Assembly: GCA_024635495.1 (NCBI GenBank)
Contig: JAGXIT010000003.1
Span: 9,386 to 73,385 of the forward strand
Length of the DNA stretch: 64,000 bases
Source: Candidatus Saccharimonadota bacterium
GTDB taxonomy: Bacteria > Patescibacteriota > Saccharimonadia > Saccharimonadales > UBA4665
Reading direction: 5' to 3'
A program made the position numbers and the translations under genes. Position 1 is the stretch's first letter, and the number at the start of each line of letters is the position of its first letter. Shown here one piece after another: positions 9,793 to 17,933 of this stretch. A model generated the notes under the pieces. The model was not told the DNA's origin, did not search any database, and saw nothing but the letters and a program-made list of their open reading frames with translations.

Positions 9793-10866
9793 TTATTTTG
9801 CGCCCTTGAGGCTTAGTGAGATTTTGCGAGCGTCGGTGTCAATTTCGAGTACCCGAAACTCTTTTTTCTCATTGAGGCGGAATATCTTCTCTGGGTCGAC
9901 ACTTTCGTCATCACCCATTTCACTAACGTGTACAAGTGCCTCAACGCTAGGGCTGAGCTGTACGAACGCGCCAAATGGCGTAATGCGAGTAATCTTACCT
10001 TCGACTTTTTCACCCTTTTTGAAAGATTTAACTTCTTTGAGCCATGGATCTTCCTGCATCTGCTTTAGGCTGAGTGAAAGACGGTCCTTATCAATAGCAA
10101 TAATCTTTGCTTTGACAGTCTCGCCAACCTTCACGTAGTCACGTGGGTTTTCGACACGTTCCCAACTAATCTCAGAGATGTGAATTAGACCTTCGATACC
10201 ATCGACATTGACGAATGCGCCAAAATCAATAACACCTGTGACTATACCTTCAACCTCGTCTCCAACCTTAAGTTCTGAGAAACGAGCCTGCATATCATCT
10301 TTGACTGCTTCTTTCTCGGAGAAGATGAGCTTGTTGTCTTTACGACTAACGTCGAGAATTCGAACTCGAATCGGCTTGGTCGTTAAAGCATTAAGCTTCT
10401 GAAGAATCTCATCCTTATCTGCACCACTTACCCTTGGGTAATGTCCAGCAGCGAGCTGAGAAACTGGCAAGAATCCGCGAATCCCCTCTAACTCTACAAG
10501 CAGACCTCCACGGTTTGCGTCATAAGCTGTAATTTCGATGATGTCTCCAGCGTCAAATACGCGCTGTAGCTCATCCCAACCGCGATCCTTTGCGGCTCGG
10601 CGCATGCTCAAAAGTGCATACCCTTCGTCCATTTCAGCATCAATCACACTCACGGTGACTGGTGAACCTTCTTCAAGTGATTGACCGTGGCCAACCTCTC
10701 GACGCATCACAACTCCGACACCTCGAGCTCCTAGGTCAATCCAGACCTGGTGCTTGCGGACCGAGCTGATGCTTCCTTCGACTATATCGCCCGTCTCAAG
10801 CTGTTTCAGCTCAGACCCTGCGAGCAAGTCGTCCATTGTTATATTACTAGTACTGTTGTTTGGCAT
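9793..10866 (-). CDS. rpsA: 30S ribosomal protein S1 (four S1 domains)
   Basis: 357 aa. Four repeats of the S1 OB-fold pattern (G.IVEG.V..V....V.VDLG..G....SE). Confidence 0.85.
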   Translation of the reverse strand: MPNNSTSNITMDDLLAGSELKQLETGDIVEGSISSVRKHQVWIDLGARGVGVVMRREVGHGQSLEEGSPVTVSVIDAEMDEGYALLSMRRAAKDRGWDELQRVFDAGDIIEITAYDANRGGLLVELEGIRGFLPVSQLAAGHYPRVSGADKDEILQKLNALTTKPIRVRILDVSRKDNKLIFSEKEAVKDDMQARFSELKVGDEVEGIVTGVIDFGAFVNVDGIEGLIHISEISWERVENPRDYVKVGETVKAKIIAIDKDRLSLSLKQMQEDPWLKEVKSFKKGEKVEGKITRITPFGAFVQLSPSVEALVHVSEMGDDESVDPEKIFRLNEKKEFRVLEIDTDARKISLSLKGAK

Positions 10867-11098
10867 TTCTTACGTGCCTCCTTCATAAGTGTATTTTCCA
10901 GAGAACCTCACCATGAAACAAAGCTTTTAAGCTCAGCGTCCGGCCTGGTCCAAAAGATTACTAAACATTATACCTGTTTTACACCCTGTGAGCAACCATG
11001 CGTACGGTAGTACATTTATTTATTCAAACAGAGTATCGAAGCCAACTATCATTACGTGATACACTATTCTTAAATCACACGACAAGGGTAGGAAAAGT

Positions 11099-11911
11099 AT
11101 GTATATTGCAATCGACATAGGGGGAACAAAAACACTCATTGCAGCCGTAACCAATGACGGCGTTATACATGAGTCCACGAAATTCCTAACACCTGAATTA
11201 TACGAAGATTTTTTGCCTGCACTTACAGAAGCTATAGGTGATTTCACCACAAAAGATTTCCGAGCAGGCTGTGTCGCAATTCCCGGTACGATAGACCGGA
11301 AGCACGGCAAGATAGTCCAACTCGGCAACCGAATAGACTGGCAGAATATACACGTATTGAGAGATCTTGAGCGAATAGTAGCGTGTCCACTGCTCGTCGA
11401 GAACGATGCGAAACTCGCTGGCCTCAGTGAATCTATGTTGTTGAAGAAACAATACAAGCGTGTGCTCTACATCACAATTAGTACTGGTATCGGTATCGGT
11501 TTAACTGTTGATGGGGAAATCGACGAAACCATCGGAGATGGTGGTGGTCATAGCATCCTCTTAGCCCGAGATGATAAGCTCGTACCTTGGGAGAGTTTCG
11601 CCTCAGGTAGCGCTATCGTTCGTAAATACGGCAAGATGGCGTCAGAGATAACCGATAAAGCAACGTGGGCGAAGATTGTCAGGACGTTCACCCCTGGATT
11701 TGTCGAACTTATTGCAATCCTAGAGCCTGAAGTCATCGTGGTGGGCGGCGGCGCAGGCCACTACATCGATCGATTCCATGATTTGCTTATAAAAGATTTA
11801 CAACGATATGAAACACCGATGTTACACATCCCGCCAATTCTTGGGGCGAAACGACCTGATGAAGCGGTAATATATGGTTGCTATGACTACGCAAAACAAC
11901 ACTTCGCTTAA
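11099..11911 (+). CDS. ROK-family sugar kinase-like protein
   Basis: 270 aa. N-terminal IAIDIGGTKT actin-fold ATP motif and the ENDAKLA segment. The ROK cysteine zinc motif is not obvious. Confidence 0.65.
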   Translation: MYIAIDIGGTKTLIAAVTNDGVIHESTKFLTPELYEDFLPALTEAIGDFTTKDFRAGCVAIPGTIDRKHGKIVQLGNRIDWQNIHVLRDLERIVACPLLVENDAKLAGLSESMLLKKQYKRVLYITISTGIGIGLTVDGEIDETIGDGGGHSILLARDDKLVPWESFASGSAIVRKYGKMASEITDKATWAKIVRTFTPGFVELIAILEPEVIVVGGGAGHYIDRFHDLLIKDLQRYETPMLHIPPILGAKRPDEAVIYGCYDYAKQHFA

Positions 11912-12368
11912 TCTCCAACTATCAGATACAATCCAGCGGGATTTCCCTGAACTGAAGTTTGAAGAAGCTTCGCAGTTCTCATGGCATGGCGGCAAGCATG
12001 TCATATCTTACAACACGGCACAGCTCAAGGACGAACGCGGATTATGGGCACTCCTCCATGAGATCGGTCATGCCCAGCTTAAGCACGCAGACTATACTAG
12101 TGATATTGAGTTACTGCATATGGAAGTAGAGGCGTGGGAAAAGGCGCATGAGAGTGCAAAAAAATACGGCATACATCTCGATGACACGTACATCGAGGAT
12201 GCACTTGATAGCTATCGAGATTGGCTCCACATTCGATCGACCTGCCCTACATGCCAAGAAAGATGCACCCAGCAGGACGCCCATACTTACCGCTGTCATA
12301 ATTGCGGTAATTCATGGCGAGTCACTCGCTCTCGGCACTGTCGACCATATAGAAAAAACAAAAAATAG
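11874..12368 (+). CDS. HExxH zinc metallopeptidase-like protein with C-terminal zinc ribbon (SprT/ImmA-like)
   Basis: 164 aa. LLHEIGHAQLKH followed by CPTCQERC...YRCHNCGNSW. The layout recalls SprT-family proteins. The start may be the ATG at 11883. Confidence 0.45.
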   Translation: MVAMTTQNNTSLNLQLSDTIQRDFPELKFEEASQFSWHGGKHVISYNTAQLKDERGLWALLHEIGHAQLKHADYTSDIELLHMEVEAWEKAHESAKKYGIHLDDTYIEDALDSYRDWLHIRSTCPTCQERCTQQDAHTYRCHNCGNSWRVTRSRHCRPYRKNKK

Positions 12369-12416
12369 AGCCCTCAGCATGAGGGCTCTATTTGCATATT
12401 CGAGTATATACTCGAA

Positions 12417-12623
12417 TTACGCGTTCTTTTTTGTGCGACGTGAAATACGTCCACCGACAGCACCGTATGTGCGTGCTCGCTCACGGCCAGCGTCGCCTGC
12501 AGCAAAACCACCGGTTTTGCCAAGCTTGCCGCCCTTTGCGCCTATGCGTGCATAGAAGTCTGGACCATACTTTTTCTTGTTTGTCGCTGCTGCGGCCATG
12601 CCGCCAACTTTAGTTCCTGCCAT
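12417..12623 (-). CDS. KGG-repeat general stress protein-like (YciG/GsiB-type)
   Basis: MAGTKVGG...YARIGAKGGKLGKTGGFAAGDAGRERARTYGAVGG. Start moved to ATG 12623, preceded by GGGAGG. The track start TTG 12638 lies inside that RBS. Confidence 0.65.
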   Translation of the reverse strand: MAGTKVGGMAAAATNKKKYGPDFYARIGAKGGKLGKTGGFAAGDAGRERARTYGAVGGRISRRTKKNA

Positions 12624-12725
12624 CTTAACACCTCCCAAGTGTTTACATTGATGTTACAAAAAGAAAGAGGGCCCTAAACAGCAAAAAGCCGTCTAGGAAC
12701 CCTCTTATCCTTCTGAACTAAGCTT

Positions 12726-12754
12726 ATGCTATCATAGCTTTGCGCTTATGTCAA
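12726..12754 (-). promoter_or_regulatory. Sigma70-type promoter TTGACA-17-TAGCAT for the KGG stress gene
   Basis: Minus strand reads TTGACAtaagcgcaaagctatgaTAGCAT. Confidence 0.55.
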
Positions 12755-12804
12755 CAGAATATGATAATAAAAAGATTACTCTTGCAACCTAAGATTCACG
12801 ATTG

Positions 12805-13593
12805 TTATTTCTCGAGCGGCTCGTGAACGTGATTTATCCACCACTCTTTAGCCGGTAAGTGATGCAATAACAGATACTGGCTGTAGATGTAGCCATGTAG
12901 TAATATCATGCTCGCACCGACCAAAAGTGTGCTTGCAGTGAATGCAAACCAGTGGTCCTGAATCCAGTTCTCTGATCCGGGTTGAGGTGGGAACGATAGG
13001 TGAAGCAGCACGGATCCATCATCACGAATCTGTACGAGCCGAAACACGACATCAGCTCTCTCATCATAGGCGATATTAATCTCAGTGCGTTCGTCAAACC
13101 GAAGGCTAAACATACGCTCGCTTGGTAAAAGCTGCATGACGACGGTATCTTCTCTGATTGCAATTATCTTAAATAATCGAGGTTGACCCTGTTTTGAATC
13201 ACCGTTTAGGTAGAACTCATAGACTGAACCTACTTCTGCGAGCAACATATAGCCGTCCCGGGGTTGTTTCTGTGGTGATGAGTCGAGATACGGTCTAGTG
13301 TTTCCCCCCGAGAATATCGTGTTACTGGCATTGCCGCTAAAGTTCGTTGTCAGTTGACTTGTCGTAGGTGTGGTCGATTTCGTCTGAAGCGCTGGAACAA
13401 GCTTCCCGCAGCCAGAGGAAATCGTATACGTACGGTTTCCATCTGTGTCAAATACGGTGGTAAGCGTACAAGGCAGAAGGCCTATTTTTTGATGAAACGT
13501 TACAAATGATGCCGCGCTCACACTATGCGCATAAACAAAGATACTCAGAGATAGTACCGAAATAAACAGAAGTACTTTTGTTTTTAGCATCAT
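12805..13593 (-). CDS. Secreted protein with C-terminal membrane anchor (last gene of the surface operon)
   Basis: 262 aa. Signal peptide MMLKTKVLLFISVLSLSIFVYAHSVSA and C-terminal TM WFAFTASTLLVGASMILLHGYI. No family recognised. Confidence 0.6.
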   Translation of the reverse strand: MMLKTKVLLFISVLSLSIFVYAHSVSAASFVTFHQKIGLLPCTLTTVFDTDGNRTYTISSGCGKLVPALQTKSTTPTTSQLTTNFSGNASNTIFSGGNTRPYLDSSPQKQPRDGYMLLAEVGSVYEFYLNGDSKQGQPRLFKIIAIREDTVVMQLLPSERMFSLRFDERTEINIAYDERADVVFRLVQIRDDGSVLLHLSFPPQPGSENWIQDHWFAFTASTLLVGASMILLHGYIYSQYLLLHHLPAKEWWINHVHEPLEK

Positions 13594-13606
13594 TGCTAGT
13601 ATTGCA

Positions 13607-14869
13607 CTACATAGCTAGTAGCGTCAATGTCAGGCTAAAGCTATACGTACCTGTTCGTTGCTCGGCTGGTATGTTTTGCACAAGGGTAATATCAGTAATA
13701 TCCCACGTGCAGCCCGTCTGGGCACCGGTACCAGCCGTAATGATAGTTATGGAGTCTTGGGTTCCTTCGGAGAAACCCGTTAATGAATTAAGCGTTAAGC
13801 CGGTCGTCGTACAGCCACCGCCAATAGGGGTAATGGTCGCAGCTGATGGGTTAATGAAGAGTTTCCCTGCCAACGAATCAGCATCGCCGCCATCGGTACA
13901 GCCATCGAGTGTCGAGTCATTGAAGTCGTATCTTGTGACAGGGTTGCCGCCATCCCAGTATGCCGTGCTGCCTGCGGTAGCCGCAATTGTAATTGACCAG
14001 GTTGGCGATGGTGTCGTGTTTGACACTCGAATCTTCTGTGTACTTGTGCCTAGCGTTGCGCCATTAACGTTACAACCAAGATCTGATATTGCGGCCGGGA
14101 AACTAACTGAGGGGCTCGGCACCGATGCACCCAAATTGTCTACTATATCGGCCGTCTTGACCCCGACAGCCACCTTAAATATAGCTATCTGCCCGCGCCA
14201 GGCCGCAGATACGGTATTCGTTGCCGCTACAGATTGAGCAGTAGTGAGTGTCGTGAAGCGCTCAGCCTCCCCAAGGTGAATTGTATTGAGCGTGTCGGCC
14301 CGCTTGGTATAGCCTGCTGTAATACCGCTGAAAGAAGTTCCTCCGATAGTTGTAAACGCCGTGAACACAAGGCTACTACTGCTGGTGGGGGTTGCTGAGC
14401 CAGAGCTAAGAGCCGTACCCGTACCACTGGTGGTTGCGTTCGTATCAAGCGTACTGAGAGTGTTCATGCCGCTATATTCGTACATGTGAGCACCAATACC
14501 ATTTCTTGTCCTGAGGGAACTGTTACACGTTGCGGTGGTCTCACCACCGGTGGCAATTTTATAGAATATGCCCTGGGATACGGTGCCACTCACCGATGCG
14601 GCGGCCGTCGAGTAGCCAGCTACGCTAACCGTAGATGACGCCCCAACGCTACAGACGATGACGAGCAGATTGCCTGCGGTGGCCGCAGCGGGTAATGTCG
14701 CGGCCTGGCTGTTCGAGTTGCTGGTCGTAATCGCAACAGGTGATTGTTGCACAAACAGCCCCACCGCAGAAACAGTCGGCAGGAACGGCGAGAACCAGCT
14801 TGCCACGAGCATGGCTATAGCAAAATAACCTCCCCACCTTGCAGGCTGCATGGCTCTCATGACGTTCAT
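13607..14869 (-). CDS. Secreted surface protein; the C-terminal ~170 aa is paralogous to the 207-aa protein at 16615-17238
   Basis: 420 aa. Hydrophobic signal-like N-terminus. Shared blocks: SPSVSF, STQKIRV, YWDGG, FNDSTLDGCTDG and QNIPAEQRTGTYS. Confidence 0.7.
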   Translation of the reverse strand: MNVMRAMQPARWGGYFAIAMLVASWFSPFLPTVSAVGLFVQQSPVAITTSNSNSQAATLPAAATAGNLLVIVCSVGASSTVSVAGYSTAAASVSGTVSQGIFYKIATGGETTATCNSSLRTRNGIGAHMYEYSGMNTLSTLDTNATTSGTGTALSSGSATPTSSSSLVFTAFTTIGGTSFSGITAGYTKRADTLNTIHLGEAERFTTLTTAQSVAATNTVSAAWRGQIAIFKVAVGVKTADIVDNLGASVPSPSVSFPAAISDLGCNVNGATLGTSTQKIRVSNTTPSPTWSITIAATAGSTAYWDGGNPVTRYDFNDSTLDGCTDGGDADSLAGKLFINPSAATITPIGGGCTTTGLTLNSLTGFSEGTQDSITIITAGTGAQTGCTWDITDITLVQNIPAEQRTGTYSFSLTLTLLAM

Positions 14870-14871
14870 TG

Positions 14872-16470
14872 TTATTTCCTCTTCTTCGGCTTTGCTTGGC
14901 GCTTGGGCGTCTTCTTAGATATGGTTGCTTTTGAGCTTTTTGCGGATTTCTTGGCTTTTGACCCTACTTCTGTCGAGTAAGAGCGTAGTCTAGGCACAGC
15001 GGTATAGTCACCAAGTCGAGTCTCTATATCTTGTAGCTCGGTAGGGTTTGCACCTTCTCGCCAATCAACGTAATTCTCGTCATAGGTTTCGCTGGTATCA
15101 GATCCAGGAGTAACCCAGGTGTCAGGACTAGGCTCAGGTGGGCGAGAGGGTGCTTGAGGGGCTACGTGTTTAGGCTCTTGAGTTTGTTGTACCGGCGTAG
15201 CTGCTTGAGGAGTCTCCTGGGGGGCTTGTGCGGGCTCAGTCGGGGTACTTGTGACTTGGTCGTCAAGGAACCAATCAAGCTCGCTCTTACGCTGTCTGCG
15301 CTGCCTTCTTTGTTTTACACTCTTGGGCTTTGGCACAATTATAGTCTGACCTAAACGAAGCGTATATGGTGCCCTCAGATGGTTCATCTTAGCTATGCGT
15401 CGCCATTTAGCACCTCGAACAGCTGCAATGCTCATAATTGTTTCAGCTGAGTCTTCCACTAAATGCTTTTCCCAGCTACGCATAATTCGTTTCCTGCGGA
15501 CACGACGACGGAAAGGAGTAATCGCCAGCCACGCAACAGTTGCTAGTACCGCTAGCTCTGCCAACGCCGCAAGTGGGTCTGGCATCATAAAAAACAAACT
15601 GGAATCTTTACGAATCTTAGTTTGCTTAGAAGTGTTTTGGCCGATACCATCATTTGGATCGGAATTATAGCTCATTGAGACATGAGCCCTGTAGATACCT
15701 CCCCAGTAGGGTCGCTCAAATGAATAGCCACATGACTGGGTTGCACCTGGCACAACCGGACAGGTCGAATCACTTTTGATAGGTGTTTTTTGTTTGAAGA
15801 TGCTCTCAAGCTGTATGTAGGACTTTACGTCCAATGATACATTGCCGGTATTTTTCACTAACGGCATGACTTCATACTTGCCTTCGTTCTGGCTAATCTT
15901 GATTTCCTTCAGCTCGAGTTTTTTGATGATATCACCAGGCACAGTGACCGCTAGGCGGATTGCTGAACGGAAACCAAGCAATATACCCTCCCCTGATTGT
16001 GCTGGTACGTTTTGTAAGTCTTGTACGGCTATACAGCCATTGTGTTCACCGGGGCTTGTGCCGTCAGGTACGGTTACGTCGAAATCTACAACTTTTTGAG
16101 CACCTGGCTCAATACTAACCGTATCTTCAGATAGATTCACCCACATACCAACTTCTTTTCGATCCTCGGACTCTTGACGACACGAGAAGGAGCCGTCTAC
16201 AGAGGATGACCCATCTACTGGATAGACCTGTAGTGTTCGTTTCTCCGTACCCGAGTTGATGAGTCTGACGCCATTCGTGCCCGTCTCTCCAGGCTCCAGC
16301 GTCATGATAAATATGATCTTACTTCGACTATTGCCCTCATCGGGGTATGCCGGTGTTATTCCGACATCTGCTGAGCCCGCAGACACCAGTGTCTGCGCAG
16401 ATACAAGCAGAACTGCGCAAGCAGCCAGCACTTTACCGAATCTATGTACAGTTCGCACCATCTTGGTCAC
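14872..16470 (-). CDS. Single-pass membrane protein: DUF916/WxL-interacting-like ectodomain, TM helix, LysM-like module, Lys-rich tail
   Basis: 532 aa. Signal peptide. Ectodomain ITPAYPDEGNSRSKIIFIMTLEPGETGTNGVRLINSGTEKRTLQVYPVDG...VTVPDGTSPGEHNGCIAV. TM LAALAELAVLATVAWLAITPF followed by RRRVRRKR. LysM-like ETIMSIAAVRGAKWRRIAKMNHLRAPYTLRLGQTIIVP. Ends in KKSAKSSKATISKKTPKRQAKPKKRK. Confidence 0.7.
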   Translation of the reverse strand: MTKMVRTVHRFGKVLAACAVLLVSAQTLVSAGSADVGITPAYPDEGNSRSKIIFIMTLEPGETGTNGVRLINSGTEKRTLQVYPVDGSSSVDGSFSCRQESEDRKEVGMWVNLSEDTVSIEPGAQKVVDFDVTVPDGTSPGEHNGCIAVQDLQNVPAQSGEGILLGFRSAIRLAVTVPGDIIKKLELKEIKISQNEGKYEVMPLVKNTGNVSLDVKSYIQLESIFKQKTPIKSDSTCPVVPGATQSCGYSFERPYWGGIYRAHVSMSYNSDPNDGIGQNTSKQTKIRKDSSLFFMMPDPLAALAELAVLATVAWLAITPFRRRVRRKRIMRSWEKHLVEDSAETIMSIAAVRGAKWRRIAKMNHLRAPYTLRLGQTIIVPKPKSVKQRRQRRQRKSELDWFLDDQVTSTPTEPAQAPQETPQAATPVQQTQEPKHVAPQAPSRPPEPSPDTWVTPGSDTSETYDENYVDWREGANPTELQDIETRLGDYTAVPRLRSYSTEVGSKAKKSAKSSKATISKKTPKRQAKPKKRK

Positions 16471-16614
16471 TACTGTACATGCTTCTGCTTATTTTTTCTA
16501 GCGCAATCATGCGAAGGCTAAAAGGTGCAAGGTGTCACAATTAGTTCTCGGGTAAGCGGTGAGAACTAATTGTGACGACTATCTCATTAAAGACAGCCAG
16601 GTAAGCACTCAGAA

Positions 16615-17238
16615 TTACTGAGCAACGTAAGTAACAACCATTGGAAGGCTGTAGGTACCAGCAATCTGCTCAGCAGGAATCTTCTGAGTCAGCGTGTAGC
16701 CAGTGATATCCGCGTTGTACGGAACAGTACCAGTGTTATTCAACAGGGTTACAGATGTTGTGCCTGTGAACGCACCGCCTGGGGTGGTGTACGTAGGTGT
16801 ACCCGCACCAGCAGTCTTTACTAAAGTGGCATCAGAGCCAACACTTAGCTGACCGTTTGTACAACCGCTGCCAGTGGCATCGTTGTAGGCATAGCTGTTT
16901 GTGCCACCATCACTCCATACATCCGATGCTGGAGTTTGAGTGTTGATGTCAACCTTTACACCACCGGTAAGTGGGTTTTTGACCTGGATCTTCTGCGAAG
17001 CAGTAGCCAGGGTTGCCGTACCGTCTTGGCAGGCAAAGTCGAAGTTCACAGCGCCAAAGGCAACTGATGGACTTGCGATCGAGAGATCCGATCCGTCGAC
17101 AAAGTCAACAGAGAGGGTTCCCGCATTAATCACCTGAGACAGGCTCGGGCTTAGTGCTGCGTGTGACACCGCCGGAACGGTGACTGCTGCCATAAATGCA
17201 GCAACGGCAACAACTGCGCCTATTTTTTTGCGAAACAT
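16615..17238 (-). CDS. Small secreted surface protein (WxL-protein-like module)
   Basis: 207 aa. Signal peptide MFRKKIGAVVAVAAFMAAVTVPAVSHA and strong AGGAG RBS. Blocks SPSVAF, SQKIQV, VWSDGG, YNDATGSGCTNG and QKIPAEQIAGTYS are shared with the 420-aa protein. Confidence 0.75.
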   Translation of the reverse strand: MFRKKIGAVVAVAAFMAAVTVPAVSHAALSPSLSQVINAGTLSVDFVDGSDLSIASPSVAFGAVNFDFACQDGTATLATASQKIQVKNPLTGGVKVDINTQTPASDVWSDGGTNSYAYNDATGSGCTNGQLSVGSDATLVKTAGAGTPTYTTPGGAFTGTTSVTLLNNTGTVPYNADITGYTLTQKIPAEQIAGTYSLPMVVTYVAQ

Positions 17239-17306
17239 ATTGTTTCTCCTTTTTATTTTTTGTAGTTTTTATTTGTAATGCTCTTTATATAGAGCTATAC
17301 GCTACC

Positions 17307-17336
17307 ATGATATAAAATTTCATAGCTGAGAGTCAA
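17307..17336 (-). promoter_or_regulatory. Sigma70-type promoter TTGACT-18-TATCAT for the surface-protein operon
   Basis: Minus strand reads TTGACTctcagctatgaaattttaTATCAT, about 70 nt upstream of the 207-aa gene. Confidence 0.5.
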
Positions 17337-17617
17337 TCACTCGTTGTTAGTATTACAATATATAGATAACTTTGTTTGTATCTGTTAATTTTTACCTATA
17401 TTATAAAATTACAACGCTTTATGAAGCGCGCTTGTTGTGCGGCCAGCGCAATTCGGCTGAGTACAAAATTAATGACCACTGTTAGAGACGCCTCTATGTC
17501 TGAAGATTCTGTGAAGAGAGATTCATGTAGAAGTGAGAGCCTAATGAACAAAATGGCGCTCAATGTTCTCTGCCTGTACGCGTGGCCCTATTCTATTCTA
17601 TTTTAATTATTCATTTT

Positions 17618-17763
17618 CTGGGAAAATAGCACGGCCAAAGAAAATAGGCTTCACTCACGAAGTCTTTTTTATAGAACAACACCCACTGCTCTGCTTGGGA
17701 CAAAGAAAAAAGACTTCCTTTCGGAAGTCTTTTTTATAAAACGGCACCGTGCTATTTTCCCAG
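17618..17763. repeat. 17-nt perfect inverted repeat (17618-17634 / 17747-17763); one arm is the 3' end of 5S rRNA
   Basis: CTGGGAAAATAGCACGG versus CCGTGCTATTTTCCCAG. The intervening 112 nt contains a duplicated GAAGTCTTTTTTATA segment. Confidence 0.8.
17705..17736. terminator. Bidirectional intrinsic terminator downstream of 5S rRNA
   Basis: AAAAAAGACTTCC-tttc-GGAAGTCTTTTTT: 8-bp stem flanked by an A-run and a T-run. Confidence 0.7.
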
Positions 17764-17855
17764 GGCTAAAAGACCCAAGTATTGTAACCGCTGAAAGGCT
17801 TAACTGCTGTGTTCGGTATGGTAACAGGTGTTTCCCTCACGCTATGGGCACCGAC
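17742..17855 (-). rRNA. rrf: 5S ribosomal RNA
   Basis: Reverse complement contains CCCAUAGCGUGAGGGAAACACCUGUUACCAUACCGAACACAGCAGUUAAGCC. The terminal helix CGGUGCC/GGUGCCG forms with two G-U pairs. Ends are approximate. Confidence 0.9.
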
Positions 17856-17877
17856 TAGCGCTTCCTCATAAAGCGCG

Positions 17878-17933
17878 GTAGTTGGTAGTTGGTAGTTAGG
17901 GGTCTTTTCCCTATCTACTATCTACTATCTACC
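17878..17933. repeat. Imperfect hairpin in the 23S-5S spacer, built from 7-nt tandem repeats (GGTAGTT x3 / CTATCTA x3)
   Basis: GGTAGTTGGTAGTTGGTAGTTAGGGG ... CCCTATCTACTATCTACTATCTACC. The arms pair with periodic mismatches. Confidence 0.7.

Noticed and set aside
12148-12613. 135-aa and 73-aa plus-strand ORFs overlapping the HExxH gene end and the KGG gene
   Set aside because: They are out-of-frame or antisense overlaps with Pro/Arg/Ala-rich translation. The minus-strand KGG gene has an RBS, a promoter and a recognisable repeat family.
13578-14237. 219-aa plus-strand ORF
   Set aside because: It is antisense to the 420-aa secreted protein gene. That gene has a signal peptide, a paralog and operon context; this ORF has none.
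17376-17606. 76-aa ORF in the intergenic region between the surface operon and 5S
   Set aside because: It has no Shine-Dalgarno sequence, is Cys/Arg-rich and sits in AT-rich promoter DNA. The genuine genes here all show strong AGGAG sites.
17878-17933. Short tandem repeats (GGTAGTT x3, CTATCTA x3) considered as a mini CRISPR array or microsatellite
   Set aside because: The units are only 7 nt with no spacers, and the two blocks are mutually complementary. Together they form one imperfect hairpin in the 23S-5S spacer.
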